Positions 13,301 through 26,884 of a stretch of 64,000 nt of DNA are shown here, piece after piece. Position 1 is the stretch's first letter. Each line of letters begins with the position of its first letter. The notes under the pieces are model-generated. The model saw only the letters and a program-made list of their open reading frames with translations. It was not told where the DNA came from and searched no databases. This stretch comes from Dipteris shenzhenensis (lineage: Eukaryota). The DNA lies in NCBI GenBank assembly GCA_047967505.1, contig CM106538.1; one strand, written 5' to 3'. The translations under genes were made by a program, and so were the position numbers.

Positions 13301-13872
13301 TGAAGGGAGGCACGTAGAATAGAGAATGTGCACCCCTCAAACAGTGGAGTCGATGCTGTGGTAAAAAGATCCCTGCTCCATGCTATCATCCCTACATGAG
13401 GATTGATGGACATATAAATCCCACACCATATCATCAAACACCTCCTCCTTCATGGCCCCATGAGGTAATGGTGGAGGGCTACTATCACCACATCACTCCA
13501 TGCATCCGTAATGGTCCCTCCTGAAGATCCCACCTCATATCACCAATGCTTCGCCTCCTCATGACGAGCATGGGGCAAAATATGCGGGTGTGGCAGTGCA
13601 TCTTGTATCAAATTAAAATGGGATCATAACTCAAACACATGAACACCCATAGGTATCTCAATCAATCTTAACTCTTTAATACTTACCATGTTTATGGTCG
13701 CATCTCATTCTCCATACTTTGAGACGTGATTAAGTGTAATTTTGTGTGCACGATACATGTTTTCTTGACATCGATCACACATACATTTGATTTTTTGCTC
13801 CAACCACATTTTGCGATGGTGGATATGTAGGGATTCATCCTCACTGGAGCTACTTGTTGAAGATGAAGACAT
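10380..13872 (-). pseudogene. TnpD/tnp2 transposase of CACTA copy 2, lacking the central tnp2 core
   Basis: Fragments homologous to copy 1 at 13705-13980, 12763-12945, 12257-12526, 11574-11993, 10766-11011 and 10440-10724. About 0.5 kb (copy-1 ~6545-7030) is missing at ~12845. Confidence 0.9.
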
Positions 13873-14859
13873 TCTACATATAAACAACCCAAAAATTTTA
13901 TTCTTGCATGAGTTGTAAATGTCAAAACTCTGTGGAGCATCTAAAAACACGTCTAACACTGCATTTATACTGTGGAGCACCTATAGACGTGCATCTAAAA
14001 CGTACTTTAGACATGTTGATAGATGCGCAAATAGATGCACTTGTAGACGTGCTTTTAGATGCACAAACTACAAGCTAATTTTTGAATCCACTTTTGGTGT
14101 GCTTGCTTTTCTTCACATACTTTTAGCATCGCACAGCTTACTTTCCTATTAACAGACACAACTCTGAGCATCCACACTTATCTCCAAGCAGCCACACTCA
14201 TCTCCAAGCTTACACAATCATCCCCAAGCACACAAGAGAAGAGGGTGAATAAGGAAGAGAAGAAAGAGAAGCAGAGGGTGAACAAGGAAGAGAAGAAAGA
14301 GAAGAAGGATAAGAAGCTTCCGTACCTCTATCCAAGGTAAGTCTCTTGATGGTTGATCTTCTTTGGAAGTTGCTCTCTTTGGATTCGTCCTTTGTCATAT
14401 GCAAGGAATGGATGTTTTTGGTACTAGTATTGTTCTTTTTGGAGTCGGGGGCATGTCCTTTTCAATTTCGTAGAAAAAGGCATCTATCGGAGCACGTCTA
14501 TAAACACATCTAACAGCGTGTCTATAGATGCATTTGTCTTTTGGAAAAATAGAAAGCTGCACCTATAGATGCGCTATTAGACGTGTATATAGACGCGCTC
14601 CGATAGTCTTATGTGTTCTTCCCTTTCCCCTTCCTTTTCCTTCTCTTTCCCTTCCCCTTCCCCTTCTCCTTCCACTTCCACTTCCAAGAAAAGGATTGCA
14701 TATTGAATGATGGAAATAAGTGATTGCATGAATGAAGAAAGGGATTGCATGAATGATGGAAAGGGATTGCATGATTGAAGAAAGGGATTGCATGAATGAT
14801 GGAAAGGGAAAGCATGATTGAAGAAAGGGATTGCATTCGTGAGGAAATAAGGGATTGCG

Positions 14860-15530
14860 TTCTCTTTTTCTCTCCTTTCTCCTCTCTTTCCTTCTCTTTT
14901 CTCCTCTCTTTTTCTTTCTTATCTCCTTTCTTTTTTCTCCTCTCTTTTTCTCTCTTTTCGTCTCTTTTATCATCTTTTTCCTTCTCTCTATTTTCGTCTC
15001 TTTTCTCCTCTCTTTCCTTCACCTTGTCTCTCTTTTTCCTTCTCTCTTTTATCCTCTCTTTCCTTCTCTTTTTGTCTCTCTTTTTCTCTCTTATCTCTTC
15101 TCTTTCCTTCTCTTTTCGTCTCTTTTTACATCTCTTTCCTTCTCTCTTTTTCTCTCTTTCCCTCCTCTCTTTTCTCCTCTCTTTCCTTCTCTCTTTTTCT
15201 CTCTTTTATCCTCACCTTTTCTCTCTTTTTCCTTCTCTCTTTTATTCTCTCTTTCCATCTCTTTTCATGGTAATTTTCCTCTCTTATCTCCTCTCTTTTT
15301 CTCTCTTTTTTTCTCGTCTCTTTTCCTCTATTTTCCTCTCTTTTCTCCTCTCTTTCCTTCTCTTTTTCTCTCTTTTATCCCCACTTTTTCTCTCTTTTTC
15401 TTCTCTCTTTCCTCTCCTTTCTCCTCTCTTTCCTTCTCTTTTCTCCTCTCTTTTTCTCTCTTATATCCTTTCTTTTTTCTCCTCTCTTTTCCTCTCTTTT
15501 CCTCTCTTTCCTTCTCTCTTTTTCCCCATT
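14860..15530 (+). repeat. Expanded CT-rich low-complexity tract inside CACTA copy 2
   Basis: ~670 bp of ttttctcctctctttccttctc-like units. Copy 1 has no such tract at the equivalent position. Confidence 0.9.
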
Positions 15531-15711
15531 TGAAGCTTCAATAGCCTGACATTGAGCAAGCAGATACAGGCTCCTATCACTCTAATGCAAAGAATGTAGG
15601 AGTGTGTAAATGCTTGCTCAAAGTCAGGCTATCACTCTATTTTTTCTTTTGCATCTTGTGACAAGGGGATGCTTGATGGTAATCTTCTTCTTTTTTTTTC
15701 TTCAATTCATC

Positions 15712-17124
15712 ATGTGGCCAGGAAGCTCTTCAGCCTCACTTGATCTTCAGGATGCAATCTTTTGGGAGTCATATAACATTTTGGGACACCCTCCCACTCC
15801 TGCAGAGTTATACACATACATGACAGGTACTACAAACACCCTCCAGGAGTCAGTAGTATAGACTCTAAGCCATCCCAATCCCACACTAGCTGAGATTACC
15901 CCAGTAGAGTCGAGATAGCCCAGCTGGCTACAGAGCCGAGCCCCTTCTCCCTCCTTGTAGTAGTAGTGAGGAGGTCCTTCTGCCTCGCAGAGCCGTCGGC
16001 GTACTCCCGTGCCATCAAGAGTTGCTTCTCCAGTTACGAGTGGCCAGCGTACTCCCGTGCAGTCGAGAGTCACTTCTCTAGCTACGAGCGGCTAGCATAC
16101 TAGCTCGACACGATAGGGCAGCAAGCATAGTAGCAGGGAGAGCGATGGAGGATGCATGGCACAGTGCTTTGGGGGGGATAGTGGTGGGGACAGGGATGAT
16201 TTAGATGATGCAAACGTGCCAGAGGGTGATGGTACGATTTTCTATGACATCACTTAGACAAGAGGCATCTTGATGGATGCACAGGGGAAGGACATCATGG
16301 CCTTCATGTGCTTTGTAATTGCTAACAACTATAGAGATTGCTTTATTCACTACAAAGACCATCCAAAAAAGTTGGCTGATGAGACCCTCGCTGCTGTTCG
16401 CTCTAGGTATCCAAATCCGCTCAATGTTCAATTCACAAATAAATGGGCTAAGTCAAAGATTGTTACAATACTTGGCAATAAAAAATCCTCGCTTAAGAGG
16501 CAGGTACTAGCCGAGATTTCCAGGCTCGAGGGAGGTAAACCACTAAGGGGCCAGCCCCACACCGCTCACAAGCATGAGTGGAAGAAAGCAATGCAGGTAG
16601 TGAAGGTGGACCCCAGTCTACAGCATGTGGAGGCACGAAGGATCCAAATGGAGCAATATGGAAGCGTGCATTTTGGAGCAAGGGGTGTTGAATCATGGGA
16701 GGCCCAATTTGTAAGTATCAATCTCAAATTATATTGTTTATGTAGTTTATTAGGAGGTTCTTTCTTAGTACTAACCCCTCTGCAAATTGTGTCATCTTGC
16801 AGCTTGATATCATGGGCAAGTACCCTACTCCTATCGAGACAGCCTACCACTGCCACCATCGCAGAGGAGATACATGGAGGCACTTCTATGATGATAGGTT
16901 GATTACTGAGGAGCAATATATCCGAGCTACTAGAGCGCTCCCCAGGTATTTGAAAGTAATTAAATAATGTCAATATTGTAAGTAAAGATTTAATTTTTCA
17001 TACATTGATACATGTCCCTCATTTACAGGGCCTTGCAGTGGCTGATCAGGAGGAAGAAGATGAGGAAGAAGGGAGCAAAGAAGGGGGCGAAGAAGGGAAT
17101 GAGGACGGGGAGAACTTATATTAG
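15712..17124 (+). pseudogene. TnpA-like accessory gene of CACTA copy 2
   Basis: The ORF at 16270-16902 (MDAQGKDIMAFMCFVIANNYRDCFIHYKDHPKKLADETL...) is homologous to copy-1 3274-4446. There are several stops upstream. Confidence 0.65.
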
Positions 17125-17779
17125 TCATAGAAGTAGTGCTAGCTACTCTTCTTTGTACTTGAAGCCACGGTCATGCCTCTCTTATATATACACTCCTCTT
17201 CTTTTTTGTACTTGAAGCCATAGGACGTGGCTTGGATTCATGCTGTATGTACATACAAGCACTTTTGAGCTATGAATTAATATACACTCCTTTTATTTTT
17301 TTGGCTTTCAATTTCCTTGTGCAACGTTCTATCAATTAATGCCTTGTGAACTAAACATTTTGGAGTTGTAATGTTTTATTCAAAATTATAATCGTCGACT
17401 ATAGATGTGCTTGCAATCATGCTTTAATTAAAATGTGGTTGGCTGTAAGAATTGAATTGCACAATGTGGAAATGGGATTCTTGTAACTACATAGCATACA
17501 CAACATACACAGCATTCTGTTCAACCACAGAAAATTATACTTTTATTAACAAAAAATATTATGTAGAGCATCTATAAGCACATCTATTAATGCGTCTATG
17601 TATGCGTCTCTCTATTTTTTTAAAATTTCTAGTAGGGTGTCTATTTGCATGTCTATAAGTGCGTCTCTCTATTATATAGATGCACCTTTAGATGCGGGTC
17701 TATAGACGCACCCATAAGTTTCTTTTTAGTTAAGGAAACGCATCTATGTGCGCATCTGTAGGTGCTTTGTCTTGTTGTG

Positions 17780-19547
17780 TTTGTGAAAGAATGAGTGTTA
17801 AATTCTATTCTACCAAAAAACACACAATATTTCATCTTTGAAATATATAAATAAGTAATATGGTTCCATTCTTTTAGAAATTTATCAATGAATAGCCATG
17901 AAGAGAAACTCTTCCTATTTTCTATGCTAATGTGAGAAGCACGTTCTCTCCTCTCAATAAGTGACCTTTTCATATTTGTAAAGTAAATTATATGTTAAAA
18001 TAGAAGTACCTACTTTATTTTTTCATTGTAGATCAAACTTGAAATTCACCACTTTGAATAATCTACAAACAAAATATCAAAGTTTTTCAAAAGGTTGTAA
18101 TTAAATCATACCTTTTGTTGTTAAAAATTTGAATTCAACAAATAGTAGAGTAACTAGCACACTTCCTATCTTAAAATTATAAGACCAATGAACGTCCCCT
18201 TCTTTGGATTTATATTAGCTTGCATTTTAGCATATAGCATTTTGGTAATATGAAATTTTTATTTTACACAGAATCACACATTAGTATGGAGGGAGAGTTC
18301 GCACACTTCCTCTCCTAATTTTATAAGATCACATAGCATTTTGGATTTAGCACATAACCACATGTTTTTGTGTGGACAGGGTTTGCACAATTTATTTCCA
18401 AAAGTTATAAGATGAAGGAAGGTGCGCTTTATAAGGTTCATTTGGATCGCAATCAAAACATATAAATTTAAATTTAGTACATAGGAATTTAAATTTAGCA
18501 CATGACTTTGCATGTGGCAAATATAATTTTTCATTTAGCATAAAATTATATGTTTGTGTGGGAGGAACTGGCGCACTTAATCCTGTGAAGTTATAAGACC
18601 AAGGAATGTTCCTTTATTTGGGTTCAAATCAGTTTGTATTTAGTACATCGCATTTTTCATATAGCATGTAGCAATACAAATTTAACACTTTATATTTCAC
18701 ACATAGAATTTATAACACTTCTACTTTATGTTGATAGCAATTTGAATATAGCATATAGAAAATTGAATATTGTAGCATATAGCAATGTGAATATAGCACA
18801 TGGTAATTAGCTCTTTGCATTCTACACATAGGATTTTGTATTTCACACATATAACTACTTTGCATTCAGCTCATAACCACACGTATGTGTGGAAGAAGAG
18901 TTGGCACATTTCCTCTCCAAAAAATTATAAGACCAAGAAATGTGTCCTTTCTTCCAGGTACTTGCACTTAGTATAAAGCAATTTCAATTTAGCACTTAGT
19001 AATTTGAATTTTGCACATAGCACTTTGAATTTTTGCACTAGTACTTTGCATTTAGCACATAAACACACATAGTGTGGAGGGAGAGTCTGCACAATTTTTC
19101 TCCAAAAATTATAAGACCAAGGAATGTGCCTTTCCTTGGGTTCATATCAATTTGCATTTAGCTGAAAGCATTTTCCATATAGCACATAGAAATTTGAATT
19201 TGGCATAGAGAACTTTTTAATTTAGCACATAGTACTTTTCAACTTGCACTTAGGATTAAACACTTTTAATGTAGTACTTAGCAATTTGCATTTTGCACAT
19301 AACACATAGCATTTTGCATAATATAGTACTTTGTATTTAGCACATAACCACAAGTATAGTGTGCGGGGAGAGTTGGCACACTTCCTCTCCAACTATTATA
19401 GGACCAAGGAATGTGCCCTTCCTTAGGTTCATATCAGTTTACTTTTAGGAAATAGCTTTTGCATATAGCATATAGTAACTTGAATTTTGCATATAGCACT
19501 TTGCATTTAGTACATAGCACCTTTTATTTACATCATAATATTAAAAT
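17780..19547 (+). repeat. AT-rich repeat-family block with internal subrepeats; inverted copy at 59668-61005
   Basis: 17780-18080 is the reverse complement of ~60670-61005. A recurring unit ggagagttggcacacttcctctcc..ttataagaccaaggaatgtgcccttccttgggttcatatca and many gcacatag motifs are present. Confidence 0.85.
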
Positions 19548-20259
19548 ATAGTATATCATTAAATACATAAAAGAACATCTTCATAATGAATTCAAAAATG
19601 CTCTATTCTTCAAGAAATTTATTGATCAATTACTATTGTAATTTTTTAATATTTGAATGCTAATATAAGAAGTTGCTTTTTATTTTCTAGTAATTGATGT
19701 TTTCATGTTTGTGAATTCAGTTAAAACACCTATTTCATTAATTTTGGACTGGTGCACTATCCAAATTCGTTTTGTGAGATAATTTTGGATAAAGCATTTA
19801 AAAAAAAGAGGCTCTTATAAAACAAAACTTTGAGTCAAAAAGTAAGATTTTAAAAAATCAAATTAGAAAAAATGACGCGACATGTTATTAAAACTAGAGT
19901 ACATTAAAAAAAGAGGACATCACATTGTTAAAAGAGACAAAAAGTAAGATTTTAAAAAATCAAATTAGAAAAAATGGTGTGACATGTTATTAAAAATAGA
20001 GTACATTTAAAAAAAAGCATGACACATTTGTACAAGAAGTAGATCATATAACTCAAAGCCATATGGTGTTAAAAATCACCTTCCATTAGCTCACCCTAGA
20101 AGATCTCATCTTTGTCTCTCTTGTCTATTACAACTTTACATTAGAGAACTCAAAAGTCTTTGTGGAACTGTAGTTTCATTTCTTGTCTATTACAGTTACT
20201 TTAGAAAACATATAAGTCTCTATGGAATTAAATTTCCATCACTTGACTATTAAGTCATT

Positions 20260-20713
20260 AGAGAGAGCATATGTCCTCAAAAGTGCCTACTATGGCATTG
20301 GCTTCATGAAAACAAGCAGACCTTAAACTTGCAGGCCATGTGTAACCAGGGCTGGCATTGCAAATCTCCTCACAGACTCTCCTCACAAGTTGTTTCTAAT
20401 ATTCTGCCGACTTGTAAGCATTCAACAACTCTTCTTTTCTCTCTTGGCTTTCCTCATCTTCACCATTTTTTTCAATACAGCTTCTAGCCATCGCCATATC
20501 CTGTACGAAAATTTAACTCGTTAACATTAGAATACATGATTAAAAGAAGCAAAAAAGAAAGCTAGGGATATTCACCTCTTCTGCTGAGTTCAAATCAAGC
20601 AGCCATGTGCGTAACATATCCTCCTCGAATGATTTTCCCTTCATTGGTCCATACAAAAGAGAGCTAAGATAGAATTTGAGTTCAGTAAATGAAGTTGGGT
20701 AGTAACTAGTCAT
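20260..20713 (-). pseudogene. Small two-exon cargo gene of unknown function, disrupted
   Basis: ATG at 20713 (MTSYYPTSFTELKFYLSSLLYGPMKGKSFEEDMLRTWLLDLNSAEE), a GT-AG intron at ~20575-20501, then an exon with stops (..EESQERKEELLNAYKSAEY*KQLVRRVCEEIC..). Confidence 0.4.
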
Positions 20714-21372
20714 TGGCTTAGAGGGAAAGTGGGAGAAGGAGAGTGAGGGAGCGATAGTGAGGGATGCACAGTGAGCTACCCCTCCTTCAAGAGTGATAGA
20801 AAGTGAGGGAAGATGTAAAGTGAAAGATGAATAGAAGTTAATCAGAAGGACTAGGATGTAAGAAATAAAAGAGTGTTTGTGGAAGGACTATGATGGAAGA
20901 ATACAAGTGCACTAAGGCACGATGTGTTCGCTATGATAAGGATAAGGGTTGAAATAAAGTGAGAGAAGCATTGGAAATGTTCTACTTTAAGTGAGTGGAG
21001 ACTGTCCAACTGAATAAAATATTGCAGAGCATTGGGAATAGATACTTTGGAGTGAAATATATTACAAATATTACATCATCACATATTCATATCAAAATTC
21101 TCATCACACAAGGTTATATTTCCAAATAATCACATCATCACACATTCATATCATAAAATTGTGTTCATGAAATAAATATATAAATATCATGACTAAATGC
21201 CACTTAAGTAATAAGTCACAAATTGGTGTATAATCAACAAAAACTACATCATGATTCATACATTGCAACAAATAAATGTCAACCATAATATTCATGGAAT
21301 AAACAACATTATGAGAATATGCTCCTCATGCACATATACAAACACAACATCATACATGCATCACAACTCTTC

Positions 21373-24300
21373 TTATGCTTCTAGTGGAGATTGCTCGAAG
21401 ATTGTGGCAACTCTTCTGATGCTTCCAATCGAGGCTGTAGTGCTCTAGATGTACACTAAGTCTCTACTTCTTCTATAGTATGTAGTGCTTTCAGAGTAGA
21501 CCTAGTACCCTCTTCCTTAAATGCAAGCGGAGGCTATGGCAACTCTTCTGATGCTTCCAGTGGAGGCTGTGGTGCTGTAGGTGTACACTGAGTCTCTACT
21601 TCTTCTGTAGTGTGCAGTGCTTTCACAGTAGACTCAGTCTCCTCTTCCTTAAATGCAAGCTCTGATATTGCTTCAGTTGCATGTTGTATTCTAATGGCAG
21701 CAATCAGGTCTCGAATGATTTCAGCCCTAAATAATTGTATATCCTCCTCTGAATATTTGAGCTCCAAAGAGTCTTCCGATGAGACCTATGGCTTAAGTGA
21801 GAAAATTTCTTTGAAAATCAACATGCAGTTATAGGCAACTCTCCACCCACAACTATGCGCATCGTCTTGCTCTACTACTAAATGCTTTTGGAAGTCTAGC
21901 GAGTCTTTGTACTGTCCTATTTCTCTGATAGCAGATACCAACTTCTCAATCGACCTACTCATCATGACATATTAAAAAAACTTACTGTGTCAATTACATA
22001 AGGTACATAATATAGAAGTACCAACAGATTAATAGAATACTTACATTTGCACTGAGCCATGAAAGCCTGCAATCGAGTTGACAAACCAACAATAGTTGTC
22101 TTCAAGGTCCCAAACCACTAGACTCCAATGTTCCCTACACGAATAATTGAGAACCATTATTATTTAACACAATGTTTCCAGTATAAGATGAAAATAAAGG
22201 TTGCCATGATACTTACATCTCGTGATATGCCATAAATAGGACTCGCATGCCATGTAAATGTAAAGGCTATAACCATTTACAAACATCGGCTATCATCTTT
22301 CTGCTATCGCTAAGTATAGGAGAAAGGAGGGAATCCAACATATACACATGGTTTTGTACAGCTCTACAAAATCGTGAGATAACTATACTGCACCAACAAA
22401 TAAATGAATATTAGCTTATTAGATTTAATCAAAATATTGAATTATCAAGTAGAGAAAAAGTTTGTATCAAACCTGAGAATGGCCATCATAACGTTGTTAT
22501 TGACCTCATTTGAAGCTCTAGAGAGGATTGAAATCTTCTCTCCCCCAAATTCAAGATACTAAGGTCTATGTTGAATCATAACCCTAACATTAAAACAGCT
22601 TCCCAATTCTTCCAATGAAGCCATGTTTGTAGAGTTGAGGTCTTCTATCCCCTTTCACTCTTTGACAGCATTCATTTCGCACTCCTCTGAGCCATTATCT
22701 ATTTGCCTTGTGGGAGGGTCCATAATGTCTCCCTTAATGATTGCTCGAATGGTACATGTTATAAATGCATAGAGATGCAAATCCGTATATGTTGACAATG
22801 TGGTGTCATTTTGTATCTCAAAAATTTGACCAAGTACCAAAAAGCAATTGTAGCCCACCCTCCATCCACAATTATAGATGTGGCTATCCTCTTGATGTGA
22901 TACCTAACATGTTATATACTCTATTTGTTATGCCAAGCCACATTGCCGCATTATTGTGTCGATAGCACCTACTAAATTTCGAGCTGATCTGTACGTCAAA
23001 ACATATAACAACAGTGAATATGTGCATTGCATATCAATCTACATGTCAAGAAGTGACAACAAGTGTAGTCTATACTTACTCTAACACAATGCCATGGATG
23101 GATGTCATTGAGTTGGCAAAGAAGCACTTCTTAGCAAAGATGTCCACGACTACCAAACTCCAATGTGAGTTGCATTATCAATAAATAATAATTATTGTGT
23201 TTGAGACAATTCTAGCAATGCAATAGAAAAGACAAGTAGGGTTTGATGCTTACTTCTCATAATATGCTGTAAAGATAACTCGTGCCTCATTCATAGGAAC
23301 ATGCTTCAACCACTTGCAAACATCCTCTATGGTTTCTTCTTTGTTGCTAAGCACTTCCGAAATAAGAGGATCGAGCATATATGAAATGCTTTGTATATTT
23401 TGAGGAAAATTTGCTATAACATTACTATTTTAAAAAAAGGTATTAGCTTCTTGGGTTTAATCAAAATAAGCAAAGTATAAAGCTAAGGAAAAGGTTGCAT
23501 CAAACCTGAGGATGGTTGTAATGACTTTGACATTAACCTCTTTCATAGGATTCAAGAGGATTAAAATCTCTTCTTCACCAAATTCAAAAAAATGAGGTTG
23601 TTGTTGAATTAACAACATAGCGGTGAATGAACTTCCAATCTACTGCAGTAGAGTCATATTTTCATGACTCATCTTATTGAGAGTGTATTCTACATCGTAT
23701 TCTTCTTCACTTGCTATGTCTTCTACATCCTCCTTCTGCTATAAAAATATAAAAAAGTTATGAGATGTACACATCCCAAATAAATGCTTAAACAAGCATA
23801 GAAATATAAAGATAAGATTTCATACACGCTACAATGTAGTCATATTTTTAGGTTGTTTCCCAACATTAATAATGGTTTTTTCATTAGACTGCATAGAAGT
23901 ATACAGATAAGGTTTCATACATGCTTTCATTAGAGTGAGTCTCTCCTCCTCTTGGAGCAAAAATTTAGAAAGTAAGGTTTCATACATGCTTTCATTAGAG
24001 TGAGTGTCTCCTCCTCTTGGAGGAAAAATTTAAAAAGTTATGAGATTTACACATCCCAAATAAAAATAAAGGTTTAAATAATCATAGAAGTATAAAGATA
24101 GCATGCTTTCATTAAACTCAGTCTCTTCTCCTCTTGGAGGAAAATATAAAAAAGTTATGAGATTTACACATCCCAATTAAAGGCTTGAACAAGCATATAA
24201 GTATAAAGATAAGGTTTTATACATGCTGAAATGTAGTCATATTTTCAAGTTGTTTCCCAATGGTAGCAATTAGACGCTGAATACTCTCAGCCCGAAATGC

Positions 24301-26884
24301 TAGTAGATCAGCTTCTGTATATGATTCCATTTTGACTGGTAACTCCAGATCAAAAATCTCTCTAAGAAACAACATGCAGTTGTAGGCAACTCTCCACCCA
24401 CAGCTGTTTCCATCTTTTTGCTCCACTGGTAGACATCGTTTGAATTCTACTTGGTCTTGTTGCTCCGTGGTTGTTTTGATAGTAGATACTAGCCGATATG
24501 CAGTATTGTCCATCATGACATATTAAATATATTAATATGTCATGATCATAAGATACAAAATAAGAAAGTAACAAAAATATTAAGAGAATAATTACCTTGG
24601 GGAGTTGGCATGATAGCCTTCCATTGAATTCACAAGCCACAAACGGTTGACTTCAAGGTCCCAAGCAATGAGACTCCAATGTGAGCTACACAACTAGAAT
24701 AAAAATGATTATTGTTTTACACAAACTTGCCAAAGAAATAGTAAAAATAATGTTGGAGTTGATATTTACTCCTCATGATAAGGCATAAAGATGACTTGCA
24801 CCCCATCTAAATTCAAAGGGCTTAACCAGGTACAAACATCTTCTATAGTCTTTTGAGGAGAGCTAAGAATAGAAGAAAGGAGAGCATCGAGCGTGTAGGC
24901 ACGATTCTGCACTGCACTACGAAGTTGAGAAATAACTACACTGCACCAAGAAATAAACAAACGTTAGCTCATAGAATTGATTTGCATTTTGTACTAGGAA
25001 ATTGAGATGTAACTACATTGTAAACAAATAAACAAATGTTAGCTCATTGAAGTAGCAATAAATAAACAAACGTTACTTGAGAATGGCCAGGATAACATTG
25101 TCATTAATCTCTTTTAAAGGATTGGAGAGGATTGAAACCTCCTCTCTACCAAAGCTCAAATACTGAGATTCTCGTTTCAAAACGATCCTAACTTTAAATG
25201 AGCTTTGCATTTTATCCAATGTAGCTAAATTTGCAGAATGGGTCTTTGTCATAGCTTGTATTCTATGTTTGCAGTCATTCTGCTTTTCCATGGTGTCTTT
25301 AAAGCTCTTGTGCTCATGGGATTCTTCAATCAAATTTAGAGGTGGTTGCATTGCTGAAGTAGAAGGGAGTGCCTCCATATTGACTTCATCCATTTCTTCT
25401 CCCTCTATTGCCTGTAAACAAATATGAGAGATTAGATTCATTATCTTGAAATTTAAATCTTATGTATTGTCGTAGTGGCCTTTTCACGTAACCCTGTGAG
25501 CCATAATTATGAAAGAAGGCATCATCATCTTTCTCTTCATCCACCAACCTCTCTCTGAACGGGTCATGTAAGTCCATTTTTTCATCATCATCAACTGGGA
25601 CATCCATCCATGTGTGAGCTCACGATGCCACAAACGATCACAATTGTACGAAATTCCATGCAATCTTTAGTTTGCACGTCCTGGATGTAGCATTGGTGAA
25701 TCTCAAGATTAACACATATTCAAGAAGTTGGTAGCCTTCTGGACGTCGCTGAATGGAGAGAAACATAAAAGACCAGCCTAAAATTTCAACACATAGTCGC
25801 GTTAATACATTCACTTTCATTGTACTTTATGATGTTCCACATTTTTGGCATTCACAAACCACGTTCTTTGACCCCAGATATAACCCACATCATCATCTGT
25901 TACTGCTTCATTAAGATGCAGATTAAGATTTTTGATTGATGTGAGTTCATCCTGATCATCTTCAGCCTCGGGTTTTGAGTCTTCTTCATCTTTCTCTTCT
26001 TTTAACTGTTTTTCATCCACATGATCTTTCTCTACAGTGGGACAATGCCTTTTTTTACTGCTTGGAACGATGGCTCTTGTAGTATTAGCCTTTTACATTT
26101 CACGTCGTGGTTTTCTAGCAAGAGCTTCTAGCATAACTGTAGTGGATCATCAACCTTGATCTTCTTCAATTTTTTTAAATTCCCATGCACTCAAGGATTG
26201 TGTTTCATCATCCTTAGTTACATCCACCATTTCTTGCTCTAGAAGTTTGCGTTCATGTTCTACATGATGTTTGTGACAGTGTGCATGTTCTTCTTGTCCC
26301 TGCATCGAAGTCTGAGCTTGATCTCCTTCATGTGAAGATCCTTGAATATGAGAAGCATATTGTGCATCCTGAAAGTACTCAAACATTATCTTTGCATGCA
26401 TCCTTTTTGCCACCACACTAGGAAATTGCTCCCAAGTATATGCAAGAGCCTCCAATGCACTTTGGAGCTCTGGAAACTTTGATGGTTGAGGAGGAGGCAT
26501 CACAAAGGTCTTTGAGTCTCTCCTTGACACAAAAAAATGAAGACCACCAACTTCAGGATCTGAACTCTTTGTGAAAATATCCATAAAAGTCTCTTTTGGC
26601 TCTATCATTATGCCTACTACAAGGCTTGAAGTCATATCTTTTTTGAAGAAAGTAGCATCCCATGGATCTTCAACATCATTGAACTCCCTTTTTGACATAA
26701 GTAGAAAGAGTCTCTTTTCCTTTTGATGAAGAAACCAAGCTCTTCTGCCCATGTGATATCGAGTCCACCTACCAAAGCCATTGGGGCTATATTCCTTTCC
26801 TTTCAAATTCAAAGTGACATCAGAGACCCATGCTCTAATCTCAGAGTCATTTCGGATAGCCCCCACATTAGTTGATTGTTCCAT
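21373..26884 (-). pseudogene. Multi-exon gene with an unknown N-terminal region and three tandem Ulp1/C48-like cysteine protease domains
   Basis: Repeat 1 (~25200-24217): EINDNVILAI, IFMPYHEE, SHWSLIAWD..WLVNS, EQKDGNSCGWRV. Repeat 2 (~23600-22770): SHWSLVVVD..FANS, NCGWRVGYN. Repeat 3 (~22560-21700): EHWSLVVWD..FVNS, EQDDAHSCGWRV. Intron positions are the same in each repeat. Stops and frameshifts are present. Confidence 0.8.

Larger units (their letters stand above)
10034..17779 (-). mobile_element. CACTA/EnSpm element, copy 2 (inverted relative to copy 1, internally deleted, more decayed)
   Basis: TIRs CACAACAAGACAAAGCA (10034) and TGCTTTGTCTTGTTGTG (ends 17779). The flanks TCT and TTT are a 3-bp TSD with one mismatch. 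It is colinear with copy 1 in reverse. Confidence 0.92.

Noticed and set aside
14563-15544. Long Phe/Ser/Leu and Lys/Glu/Arg-rich ORFs
   Set aside because: They are artefacts of the CT low-complexity tract.
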